A DNA stretch of 64,000 bases, from IMG/VR virus record IMGVR_UViG_3300008954_000003, positions 95,630 through 159,629 of that record. One strand, 5' to 3'. Each line of letters opens with the position of its first letter. Position 1 is the first letter of the stretch. This document shows, in pieces, positions 49,225-58,183 of this stretch. The notes under the pieces were generated by a model that had not been told where the DNA came from, searched no databases, and saw only the letters and a program-made list of their open reading frames with translations. Both the position numbers and the translations under genes were made by a program. This DNA comes from a virus.

Positions 49225-51861
49225 ATGGACGATCTTTTTCGCAAATGGCGAGGCTTTAAGAAAGACCTTCTTCTTGAGTTTAATAACCAAGATAAGAACG
49301 AAATTCTTGAGAATGGTGGCGACTTTAATGTTTCATACGAGCTTGAGCTTGAATCCCACGATCGCATTTATTGGGATGATGATGATTATGATGATTATGA
49401 TGATTATGATTATGACGACGAATATGAAAGAGTTTCAAATCTTGTTCGAGAGAACGAAGGATATGAAGAATTCGGATACACCACAGAAGACATAACCAAC
49501 GATCTTTTTGAAAAGGTGTATGGTCCTGATTATGATTATGCAGAAATCGGATTGACAATGGCGGGTCTGGAATCTGATGAAAGAGAATACCTACTGCGTC
49601 GTCGTCATGATTCGCCTGGCGAAAAACCTCTTTTTCAAGAATTTAATGAGGTTGTAGACAACATTTACCAAGTCGGCACTCCTGAGAACAAGAAATTCAT
49701 TGAACTTTTGTTCTCTTTTGAAAGGATTAGAGAATTCCTTGAAGAAGAGGGTGAGTATGAGTTAGGCGTTGAGGGGTTGGTCAATTATCAAAAAGATCTG
49801 TATAAGTCGGACTCTGATATTGTTCCCGGCGAACAAGCCTATTCTTCAGCAGAAGATTTGTTTAAAATATTTGTCTTTGTTCGAGATGGCGAACAACTTA
49901 TAAGCTTTGATTATGTGCCAGGGGTTGTACACGAATACAAAGAGGCTGATCTGCCCCTTGTTTCATTGAGGAACGTCTTTCTTTTGTTTGAAAAAGAGCA
50001 TGTTATTGATGAACTTATCGAGAAGGGAAAGCTAAAAGTGTCCAACGTTTTTAGGGATGGGAACTTTGAAGACCAGTTTGAGTCTGATAAAAACATGGTT
50101 TCAGACCTTTGGACAAAAGTTGCTGAAGAGTTCATCGACAGACTAAATGACGAACATTTTCCCGCAGCCGTCAGTGATGCTCTCGACTACGAGACTTATC
50201 CGAGAGAGTCGAGAAACGATGGGGGTACAAGTAGCGGCGAAGATATGGTTGCAGACCATTTGCCGAATTTCTATCGGAAATACGCTCACCTTCTTTCTTT
50301 CAAAAAAGATGGTTCGTTATCTTCCGGTATTGAGATGGCTCACCAAACATACTTTGAAAGCCTTGAAGAAGCCTTTCAATTTCTTGATGTTTTCTATAAA
50401 GACTATGATGACCAAAGCAATTTTTATATGTCAAGTAACACAGGATTGCATACAAATATTTCAATGAGGGTTCCGGGAAAGCGGGGAAAGCAGGAAGCCA
50501 GTGCTGACGAGTTTAACCTTATGAAGGCGTTGCTGTTCTTGAGCGAGCCGAAGAGTGAAGGACAAAGAGACGCAAAGGTTTATGCTGCGTTTAAAGGAAT
50601 CGAAAGCCGTATCAATAGTGGTTGGACAGGAGAGCTGAAACATAAATTCATTGGAAAGATTGAAACAATCCTAAAGGATATTATGTATGGCAAGAAACAA
50701 AACCCAATGTCAAGGGAGGCGACTGTTGCACAGTTTGTTGAAACATTACGAGAGCCGGACAACTACATCATTGATTCTTTAAATGGCCTCATAAAACAAG
50801 TCGCAACAGGAATTGGCAGATGCTCTCTTGGTTTCAACGTGACATATGTTGATGAAAGAGAGTATATCGAGTTCAGATACCCAGGACATGATGTTACGAA
50901 AGAGGTTCTGAAAGAGCTGACCTTGTATTATTGTTATATTGTTAAGCTTTCTCTGGAAAAAGAATATAAGGACCTTGAATACAAGAAGAAGCTTATCGGA
51001 CTTTTATCAACGATTAAAGCCGCTGCAAAGAAAGATCTAAAAAAGGATCGAAAGAAAATCAGAAAAGGTTTGCTGTATAAAACATCACATCTGGTTGAAG
51101 GTGGTGAAATGTTGAGAAAGTTTAAGTATCTTGTGGAAGAGGATTTTTCACCGCCTTCAACCAGAGCCTTCTTTGAGAAGGCATATTCTCGCCTTTACCA
51201 CCATTCCCCAGATGTGTTTACGTCTTTTGAGGTCATAGATGTTGATCACAAAAAGAAGCTTGTCACCCTGGCAGGGATTGATGTTCTTAATCGAAATTTA
51301 AGAGAAGATATGAAAATTGCATATGTTGAAAAAACTGTTTCATATTATGAATTTTTGCAAACATTTTTTGGTTGGCAGGGAAGAAAGCCAGAGGTTAAGG
51401 ATATGAACAACCCTGAAGTAATTTTAAGAGAAAAAGCGATTCAAGTGTTAAAGCGAGAGTCTTTCTCGGTTGAGGACATGAATGCCGTTTTTGAAAGAGT
51501 TTTTGTTGAACTCAGAAACAAAGAAGGACAACCCGATTCTCCTATGTGGGACCTTGTTTTTAGGAACTATAAACACGGTCAGACAGGTCCGGCAAATAGG
51601 TTATTTTCGATTATAGCACAAACAACAACATTTGAAGATTTGGTCGAAAAAATTCATCATGTGGGCGCTTGGAGAGTTTATTCCGCAATGAACGATGCCA
51701 CTCGGAATATTTGGGGGGACGATAAGGCGTATCGTTTTTATGAAAACTATAAAGCTAAAATCGCTGAAGCTGTTAATAAATATATTGATGACGAAGAGGA
51801 TAGGATAATAGCCGCTGCTAAAGCTGATTTGGAAAAACGGAGAGCTGATCAGGAGAAATAG
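49225..51861 (+). CDS. Putative amidoligase (COOH-NH2 ligase family)
   Basis: YELELE, DGSL..GIE, NTGLHTNIS, YIEFR. Confidence 0.75.
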   Translation: MDDLFRKWRGFKKDLLLEFNNQDKNEILENGGDFNVSYELELESHDRIYWDDDDYDDYDDYDYDDEYERVSNLVRENEGYEEFGYTTEDITNDLFEKVYGPDYDYAEIGLTMAGLESDEREYLLRRRHDSPGEKPLFQEFNEVVDNIYQVGTPENKKFIELLFSFERIREFLEEEGEYELGVEGLVNYQKDLYKSDSDIVPGEQAYSSAEDLFKIFVFVRDGEQLISFDYVPGVVHEYKEADLPLVSLRNVFLLFEKEHVIDELIEKGKLKVSNVFRDGNFEDQFESDKNMVSDLWTKVAEEFIDRLNDEHFPAAVSDALDYETYPRESRNDGGTSSGEDMVADHLPNFYRKYAHLLSFKKDGSLSSGIEMAHQTYFESLEEAFQFLDVFYKDYDDQSNFYMSSNTGLHTNISMRVPGKRGKQEASADEFNLMKALLFLSEPKSEGQRDAKVYAAFKGIESRINSGWTGELKHKFIGKIETILKDIMYGKKQNPMSREATVAQFVETLREPDNYIIDSLNGLIKQVATGIGRCSLGFNVTYVDEREYIEFRYPGHDVTKEVLKELTLYYCYIVKLSLEKEYKDLEYKKKLIGLLSTIKAAAKKDLKKDRKKIRKGLLYKTSHLVEGGEMLRKFKYLVEEDFSPPSTRAFFEKAYSRLYHHSPDVFTSFEVIDVDHKKKLVTLAGIDVLNRNLREDMKIAYVEKTVSYYEFLQTFFGWQGRKPEVKDMNNPEVILREKAIQVLKRESFSVEDMNAVFERVFVELRNKEGQPDSPMWDLVFRNYKHGQTGPANRLFSIIAQTTTFEDLVEKIHHVGAWRVYSAMNDATRNIWGDDKAYRFYENYKAKIAEAVNKYIDDEEDRIIAAAKADLEKRRADQEK
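49381..49413 (+). repeat. GATGATTAT microsatellite (DDY)n
   Basis: Visible 9-bp tandem repeat. Confidence 0.85.
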
Positions 51862-51973
51862 TCTGACATAATCAGAACAGCTTTAAACTTCGAACCTCAT
51901 GATATGGACGAAGACGGCGTTTGGTGATGTAGGACACCACCCCAGCACCAGGGCACCCAGGTAGGAGGGGGTC

Positions 51974-52318
51974 GTGAATATTGAAATGGAAGAGATAACC
52001 ACAGATAATCTGGCAAGAATGGCGAATGCCCAACCACGGTGTTTGGCTGATTTATTTTTCAATGGGGAGGTCGATCCCATAACGGCAACTTTTGGTGCAG
52101 AGATCCTTGGGAATAGCTGTGAGGACACATCTATTGTTATTCATGGTTGCAGAAACCTTCTTAATCATGAAAAAGCCTATGTTCGTGAAGGTGCCCTTTT
52201 GGGACTTGCAGGTCACATTGGTGACAAAAGAGCGCAGGCTCTTGTTAAAAGACTCTCTGAAGAAGATGAGTCCAAAATCTTGAGAGATTTCGCTGAAGAG
52301 ATTTTAGAGGGAGTCTGA
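51974..52318 (+). CDS. HEAT-repeat protein
   Basis: AEILG, VREGALLGL, LR.FAEE.L; GGAGG RBS. Confidence 0.7.
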   Translation: MNIEMEEITTDNLARMANAQPRCLADLFFNGEVDPITATFGAEILGNSCEDTSIVIHGCRNLLNHEKAYVREGALLGLAGHIGDKRAQALVKRLSEEDESKILRDFAEEILEGV

Positions 52319-52479
52319 TCCAGAATCGTTTGAAAACAAAGCAGATTATTAGGAACCTAAGTAATTCTGCCTGTTCATTCAGCTACTTTACAGGCATCAA
52401 CTGTCTACTTTATAAGTGTCTAGTCGCGGATATATGTCAACTAGATGTTTGGCTAGTGAAATCTTTGGCTAATGTGGCT

Positions 52480-52509
52480 AGTATACCACGCAAAACCATT
52501 CCCTGTCAA
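52480..52509 (-). promoter_or_regulatory. Leftward sigma70 promoter TTGACA-N18-TATACT
   Basis: Reverse complement of AGTATA...TGTCAA, TG extension. Confidence 0.55.
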
Positions 52510-52606
52510 GTTCACTGTAACTCTTTATGATCATTGAGGAATCGTTTTATACCTGTTCATCTTGCCGCTAACCCCCCGGAATGATCACCGCCCAGGGCGA
52601 TATGGC

Positions 52607-52635
52607 TTGACTGGAACGGTCGTTTTTGGTATACT
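52607..52635 (+). promoter_or_regulatory. sigma70 promoter TTGACT-N17-TATACT
   Basis: Near-consensus, TG extension; heads the small-gene region. Confidence 0.8.
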
Positions 52636-52665
52636 GGATACGTCGACCAGCAGAAGGAGGTTCGG

Positions 52666-53109
52666 ATGGCAAGGGCAAGACGATGTGGTCATTGTAGACA
52701 AACAGGGCACGATAGACGTACCTGTCCCTCAATGAAAGAAGAGAAAAGAAAGGAAAAACAGAGAGTTCTTCAGTTTCGCAGAGATATGAAAGACTATTTT
52801 GCGGAAATTGGACTTGGTGTTGGAGCAATTGTTCAGGAAAGAGTTTATGAAAGGGATACATACAGTAAAAAAGAAAAGGTGTTGCTTGTTTCCAAGATTG
52901 TTTGGGATGAATTTTCACCGAATCATCCTGCTGCGATTAAGTGTCTTGATATGGAAAACCTTAGCGCAGAGTACAGGCTTGATTTTGGAAAACATAAAGA
53001 GTGGAACGTTTATGGCTCAAGGTCTTTTTGTGTGAAAGTCGCTGTTCCTGCAACAGAAGTCAAGCGCCAGTTTGACGAAGCATATGGTTCATGGACAATG
53101 CGGAGATAA
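52666..53109 (+). CDS. CCHC zinc-knuckle protein
   Basis: CGHCRQTGHDRRTC; AAGGAGG RBS. Confidence 0.75.
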   Translation: MARARRCGHCRQTGHDRRTCPSMKEEKRKEKQRVLQFRRDMKDYFAEIGLGVGAIVQERVYERDTYSKKEKVLLVSKIVWDEFSPNHPAAIKCLDMENLSAEYRLDFGKHKEWNVYGSRSFCVKVAVPATEVKRQFDEAYGSWTMRR

Positions 53110-53115
53110 GAAACA

Positions 53116-53541
53116 ATGTCGCGCATAACAAGAGCGAGCAAAAAGAAGCGTCGTTACTTTGAGTTGGCGCGACGTATTGCATACAACAGTAATTATGGCA
53201 AAATGCGACACGGTGCCGTTCTCGTAAAGGGCGGCAGCGTGATTAACGTGTCTTTTAACAAGGACATGTTTTCAGCATTTGGTGGCAGATTCAGAGAAGG
53301 TGATTGTACCCACGCAACACAACATGCTGAAATTGGGTGTATTCTTGGTCTACCACGAAGTGCAACAAATGGTTCAACAATCTATGTTGTTCGAATCAAC
53401 AAAGAAGGTGAATTTCGAATGTCAAAGCCCTGTCCAATGTGTGAATCTGTATTGGATTTCGTTGGGGTAAAGAGGGCTGTTTATACAATTGGTGAGGGTC
53501 GCTTTGATTCTCACAAGATTGGGAGAGAAAACGATGGATGA
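53116..53541 (+). CDS. Cytidine/dCMP deaminase-superfamily protein
   Basis: HGAV, HAE, PCPMC. Confidence 0.88.
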   Translation: MSRITRASKKKRRYFELARRIAYNSNYGKMRHGAVLVKGGSVINVSFNKDMFSAFGGRFREGDCTHATQHAEIGCILGLPRSATNGSTIYVVRINKEGEFRMSKPCPMCESVLDFVGVKRAVYTIGEGRFDSHKIGRENDG

Positions 53542-53722
53542 TTTATTGAAACTTGTTGTTATTGTGCTGTTCCTCTTTGCAGTCTTCTTTATCTGGACAG
53601 GCAAAGATAAGTGGCAGTCATGTATGGATAAGTGTGATAGCAATGTTGTTGTCGTTGATGGAAACGATGAATGTTATTGTGTTTTGAACAAAACCGAGAA
53701 GGAGAAGAAGAATGAGAAGTGA
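53534..53722 (+). CDS. Small membrane protein, TM-CxxxC-CxC family
   Basis: TM then CMDKC...CYC. Confidence 0.6.
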   Translation: MDDLLKLVVIVLFLFAVFFIWTGKDKWQSCMDKCDSNVVVVDGNDECYCVLNKTEKEKKNEK

Positions 53723-53763
53723 AATTGAGAACGTTGTGTTGTCTGAACTTATTGAGGAAGACG

Positions 53764-53910
53764 ATGGCTATCTTTGTGAACCACGGGATTGGTTGGGCTG
53801 AAAAAATTCGGACATATCATTTTCCGAGGGGCTTGGTCAAAGACCATCGAACCGGCAAAACTGCTAACATTGATAAGGTTTTGGATGGGGATATTGATTG
53901 TTTGAGATAA
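53764..53910 (+). pseudogene. Class I peptide release factor C-terminal fragment
   Basis: [19 protein letters not shown]....DKVLDGDID matches RF1/RF2 C-terminus; no GGQ domain. Confidence 0.7.
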
Positions 53911-53914
53911 TAAT

Positions 53915-55590
53915 ATGAAAGAATATAAGGTTCAAAGTGTTTTGCCGAGTGGCAAAGTCGAAGTCTTGGTGGTTAAAGCCTGGGTGAATAAAGACCTTGT
54001 TACAAGGTTTATTTTTCGACTAAAAGAGTTTAGGTTTTTGCATCGTTCGTGTGGACCCGCTTCGACAATCCATAACTTGTATTATGTTAATGGGTTTTCG
54101 ATTGCCTCGCACAACCTTGAAGAAGCGGTAAAGGAATATGAAAGACGAAATTCGTGAAGAAGCAGAACTTTTCATTGATTTTATGAAAAACGGCTGCAAT
54201 ATTAAATTGACAGAGAAACAGGAAAAGGCAATAAGAGGCTATTTGATTGCCTTTTTCTCAAGGGGGGTTAAAAGTGGGTCACGTTAAAAACTATGAAGTG
54301 CCCGCTATTCTTTCTAACAGAGAGCACATCACTTATTGTGTAAGGCTCTGGAGTAGTGGCGATTTTGTGTTTCAAGTCAACGGCTTTTGTAATGAATGCG
54401 AAAAAGAACATGGAATAGGTTTTCGTGAATGTGGTTTCTCTGCGAGAACCACAAGGTACTTTGATGACCCTGACGATCTTGAGGTTTTGAGAGTTTATGA
54501 ACTTGATAAGGTTTTCACATTTGATTTTAATGTAAAAGAAGGAGGTAAAGAAAATGTGTGAAGGTAAGTGTGGTAATAAGGAAACAGAGAGAAGTGAACG
54601 GGTGATTTACACCTATGATAAGAGTGGCCCCGGTGTGGTGACTTTTGCATACAAGGTATCAGAAGCTTGTTGTGATGGTGAAAGGGTTGTCTCTTGGGGA
54701 GTTGCGTTCTGTTCTCCAAAGGATAACTTTAGTAAGAAAATTGGCCGTGCAATTGCAGAGGGCCGACTTCAGAAGGGAACAGAGGACTTTTCAGGGGTGA
54801 TCACACTCCTTGATAACAAAGAGGAAGGGCTCTTCAAACAGGTGAACGCGGCAATTCATGGTTGTTATAACCAGGGAACAATCGCCAGTATTCGACCACG
54901 TTGGTTGAAGTAATATGGAGGTGCGAAATGACCGATTTTATTGTTTTTGCGGATTGAATTATGAGACTCGTTAGGAAAAAAATACTGCTCTGTGAAGGCA
55001 TTCGTGGTGTTCATTATTTTTTTGATGCGGGATATGTCAATTTCAGTGTTCAAGTTTGGGAAGATGGCTTTCACTTTATTAGTTCCCCATGGGGGGATTA
55101 TTCAGATGCTTTTGGTAAACAGAGAAGCCTCAAAAACGGCCTGAAAGTCGTTTCCAAAAATTTAGAAGAGTTGGCACCGATTTGGAGCAAATATGAAAAA
55201 GGTCAAACCTAAACGTTTGTTTGCAAGCCCCGAAGGGGCAGATTATCATATTATTGGGCCTTTTGAAATGACCATCTGGTATGGGAAAAGTGGACAGAAA
55301 AACAATGCTTTGTATTTCTATCATAGGGAGAGTTTAGACCCCGAGTTGTTTCATAAAATGTTGGAAGAATACTTAAATGAAGAAGATTGAGGTTAAACTT
55401 GAATACCGTGGTAAATATTTTCACCGTGACGAAAGGTTTTCGTCATATTTTGTTCACGATCGGTTTCAATTGATTGTTGAAGAAAGTGGTGATCATATGT
55501 ATTATTATTATCCTCCGGGGTAAGCAATGCCATGGTTGATTATGCTGAAGAATGGACAAAAGAAGGGTGGTTTGAAAAGTTAAACGAATA
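53915..55590 (+). other. Cluster of small hypothetical ORFs
   Basis: 53915-54157, 54274-54561, 54554-54913 (CSPKDNFSKKIGR.IA.GR motif), 54961-55212, 55193-55390, 55377-. Confidence 0.6.
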
Positions 55591-55593
55591 TTT

Positions 55594-55670
55594 GGGGGTA
55601 TAGCTCAGTTGGTTAGAGTGCAGAGCTTATATCTCTGTGGTCGCAGGTTCAAGTCCTGCTACCCCTACCA
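55594..55670 (+). tRNA. tRNA-Ile(UAU)
   Basis: Acceptor GGGGGTA/TACCCCT, D-arm, CAGAG-CTTATAT-CTCTG, GTTCAAGTC T-loop, encoded CCA. Confidence 0.92.
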
Positions 55671-55682
55671 AAAGGAAAAACA

Positions 55683-55928
55683 ATGAAGCTTGTTAAAAGA
55701 ACAAAATGTAATGGTTTTATCAGGTATCATTTTGATAACGGTATGTATTGCAAAATGTGGGAAGGTGATCAGGTGTCGTGGTGGGACAAAGATTGCAACA
55801 GACATTGTGATTTCGGTCCTGCAATAATCAACAGAATAGCAGGGTTTTCAAATCATTACTATCTTCATGGTGCGTACTATACTTTTAAGAGTTGGAAAAG
55901 GGCCATAAGAGAAAATGCCGATCTTTGA
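55683..55928 (+). CDS. MKLV-leader protein with H.DFGPA motif
   Basis: AAGGA RBS; HCDFGPAII. Confidence 0.6.
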   Translation: MKLVKRTKCNGFIRYHFDNGMYCKMWEGDQVSWWDKDCNRHCDFGPAIINRIAGFSNHYYLHGAYYTFKSWKRAIRENADL

Positions 55929-55930
55929 AA

Positions 55931-55938
55931 CTATTTAT
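55931..55938 (+). promoter_or_regulatory. Putative late promoter motif CTATTTAT
   Basis: Recurrent motif. Confidence 0.6.
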
Positions 55939-55963
55939 GTTTGCATAACATGAGGGTTTCATA

Positions 55964-57046
55964 ATGACTGGTTTTTCAAGTGGTGGTGGTGAGTTAAAGG
56001 TTGGTGTTACAGGATCTGCATTACAGGTTACATTGGAAGCGACAGGTTCCGGTTTGCCCATAAAAACAGAGACAGGCACAGCTTTGTTTATCACTCCGAC
56101 AGGTTCGGCCTTGCCGGTCAGTATTCCCGGCAGCGTTGAGGTGGAAAACACAACAAGCACAGCTTTGTTTATCACTCCGACAGGTTCGGCCTTGCCGGTC
56201 AGCATTGTCGGCAGTCTCAGTACAAACTTATCAGGATCGTCCTTTCCAGCGAATGCCACTTTGGCAAGAGAAGTTTTAAGTCTTCCTGTAAGGGATGTAA
56301 CCGACAAATTTATTGATATGGTTGCCGGTAAATCAACCGGATGTTCAACTCAAAGAAAGTTTGGCAGCAATGGAGATGTTGGCAATGGAGATTATGAAGT
56401 TGTATGTCAATTAGGCACATCTTTTAATGGGTTCCTCACTTCTTCAATCGAAGTGAGGGTAAAAGCTGGAGATGCCGATGATGATGTGGCAGGGGCAGGG
56501 GCGCGAGAAATAACGGTAGTAGGCTTGGATGAAAACGCATTTGAAGTCACCGAATCATTAGATCCCGCAGGGGCTTCTGGTGGGCCTCTCTCAACAACAA
56601 CTTTTACAAGAGTCAACCGAGCTTTTGTTTCGTCTGCTGGAACGTATAACGATGCCAATGTTGGCGCGGTTGTTATTCAAACAAAGGGTGGTGTGGATCT
56701 TGTTCAAATAGCCGCTGAAGAAGGACAAAGTGAAGTAGCGTTTTGGACAGTGCCATCTGGTAAGACAGCGTATCTTAAGCGAGTTATAATTTCTTCTGAC
56801 TCGGGGTCAACAGATGAAGCAAACTTCAAACTATATCAAAGGCGAAGTTATAGAGATGCAACGGCCCCGGTCAAATCAAAAAGGATTGTTTCACGATTTG
56901 TTGGAGTTTCCGGTTTTCGCGATTTGCAGTTTGATGTGCCAATCGATTTTCCAGCAGAAACAGATATCTGGATGGAAGCAATTGATGCTGGTGTCGGCAC
57001 CATTGCTGTGAGTGTAGAAATGCACTTCATCATTCTTGACGATTGA
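55964..57046 (+). CDS. Late probable virion decoration/fibre protein
   Basis: Late motif; G/S/T-rich; GA..ITV.GLD, F.RVNRAFV; internal repeat. Confidence 0.6.
   Translation: MTGFSSGGGELKVGVTGSALQVTLEATGSGLPIKTETGTALFITPTGSALPVSIPGSVEVENTTSTALFITPTGSALPVSIVGSLSTNLSGSSFPANATLAREVLSLPVRDVTDKFIDMVAGKSTGCSTQRKFGSNGDVGNGDYEVVCQLGTSFNGFLTSSIEVRVKAGDADDDVAGAGAREITVVGLDENAFEVTESLDPAGASGGPLSTTTFTRVNRAFVSSAGTYNDANVGAVVIQTKGGVDLVQIAAEEGQSEVAFWTVPSGKTAYLKRVIISSDSGSTDEANFKLYQRRSYRDATAPVKSKRIVSRFVGVSGFRDLQFDVPIDFPAETDIWMEAIDAGVGTIAVSVEMHFIILDD
56076..56202 (+). repeat. 46-bp exact direct repeat, 81-bp period
   Basis: GCACAGCTTTGTTTATCACTCCGACAGGTTCGGCCTTGCCGGTCAG twice. Confidence 0.9.
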
Positions 57047-57060
57047 TGATAGGAAAGAAA

Positions 57061-57306
57061 ATGAGTAGGTCATATAGAAGAACACCAATATTCGGAATTG
57101 CCTCTGCACCTTCGGAGAAAGCCGACAAACAGCGGGCAAACAGGACTCTTCGCAGAAAGAATCGTCAAATCATGCACCTAGCACCTCTTGACAAGGACGG
57201 TGGACCTGTGCCATACTTGCTCTTAGAAGTGTCGGATCCGTGGCTGATGGCCAAAGACGGCAGAAGGTTTTGGATCGATGCGGAAGAAGAAGATATGAGA
57301 AAATAA
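57061..57306 (+). CDS. Small basic conserved hypothetical protein
   Basis: MSRSYRRTP...SEK.DK..ANR..RR...W...KDG. Confidence 0.65.
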   Translation: MSRSYRRTPIFGIASAPSEKADKQRANRTLRRKNRQIMHLAPLDKDGGPVPYLLLEVSDPWLMAKDGRRFWIDAEEEDMRK

Positions 57307-57358
57307 TTTTGATATATTTATATATGGGTTAATATTTAACTCATAATTTTACGAGACT

Positions 57359-57391
57359 TGAGCCCTTCTCAGCGGATAGGGCTCACTTTTT
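57359..57391 (+). terminator. Terminator-like hairpin just before tRNA-Ser
   Basis: TGAGCCCT...AGGGCTCA-CTTTTT. Confidence 0.65.
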
Positions 57392-57393
57392 AT

Positions 57394-57478
57394 GGAAGTA
57401 GTCCGGTTGGTCGAGGGCGCAGTCTTGAAAACTGTTGGTGGTGAAAGTCACTCAGGGGTTCGATTCCCTTTGCTTCCG
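57394..57478 (+). tRNA. tRNA-Ser(UGA)
   Basis: GGAAGTA/TGCTTCC acceptor, GCAGT-CTTGAAA-ACTGT, long variable arm, GTTCGATTC; G73; no CCA. Confidence 0.9.
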
Positions 57479-57494
57479 CTGATAAGGAGCAACA

Positions 57495-58108
57495 GTGAAA
57501 CTTGTTGGAACAAGAAAGTTGCACAGAGGTAAGACCTATATCCTTCAGCACGAAGGCAAGACTTATGAAGCTGATGTGCATGAAGGCGATGAACACCCCG
57601 CGTTTTACTTCTACCGCATTGATGGTGACGACGAACACTTTGACGACGAACCAATTAACCATGAAACACTTTTGAGGAAACATGAAGCTGATTAAATCAA
57701 AAGAGCCGCCCGATTCGGCCTTTGGCGCTTTGAAAACCTATGTTTTTGAGCACGAAAGCAAGACCTATGAAGCCGACTTGTCCGATGGGGAGTGTCCCTA
57801 TTTTTACCGCATTGTCGGCGACACCAACAACCCTGATCATGATAATATTCTTATTTGTTGGAAGACATTGGAAGAGCTTTGAAATGAAACTTATTGAAGC
57901 AAGAAAGTTTGCCAAAAATATTGAAACAGTCGGCAAGGTTTACAAGTTTGAGCATGAAGGACGGATTTACGAGGCTGATATCCTTGCCAATTGCACACAC
58001 CACTTTTATCTTGTGAAAGAGGAAAATGGATTACAAAGAAGTATTTTGGTTGATCCCGACACATTACAAGAAATTGGCTACAACGCAACGATCTTAAAAG
58101 ATCACTAA
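57495..58108 (+). other. Three tandem paralogous small ORFs (57495-57695, 57682-57882, 57884-58108)
   Basis: Shared MKL[VI]...Y...HE.[KR].YEAD...FY motif. Confidence 0.8.
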
Positions 58109-58110
58109 AA

Positions 58111-58183
58111 ACCTCCATAGCTCAATTGGTAGAGTAGCGGACTCTTAATCCGTTTGTTGCAGGTTCAAGTCCTGCTGGGGGTA
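58111..58183 (+). tRNA. tRNA-Lys(CUU)
   Basis: ACCTCCA/TGGGGGT acceptor, GCGGA-CTCTTAA-TCCGT, GTTCAAGTC; no CCA. Confidence 0.88.

Noticed and set aside
52330-52530. 66-aa ORF in the intergenic gap
   Set aside because: TTG start with no RBS, atypical composition, overlaps a leftward promoter.
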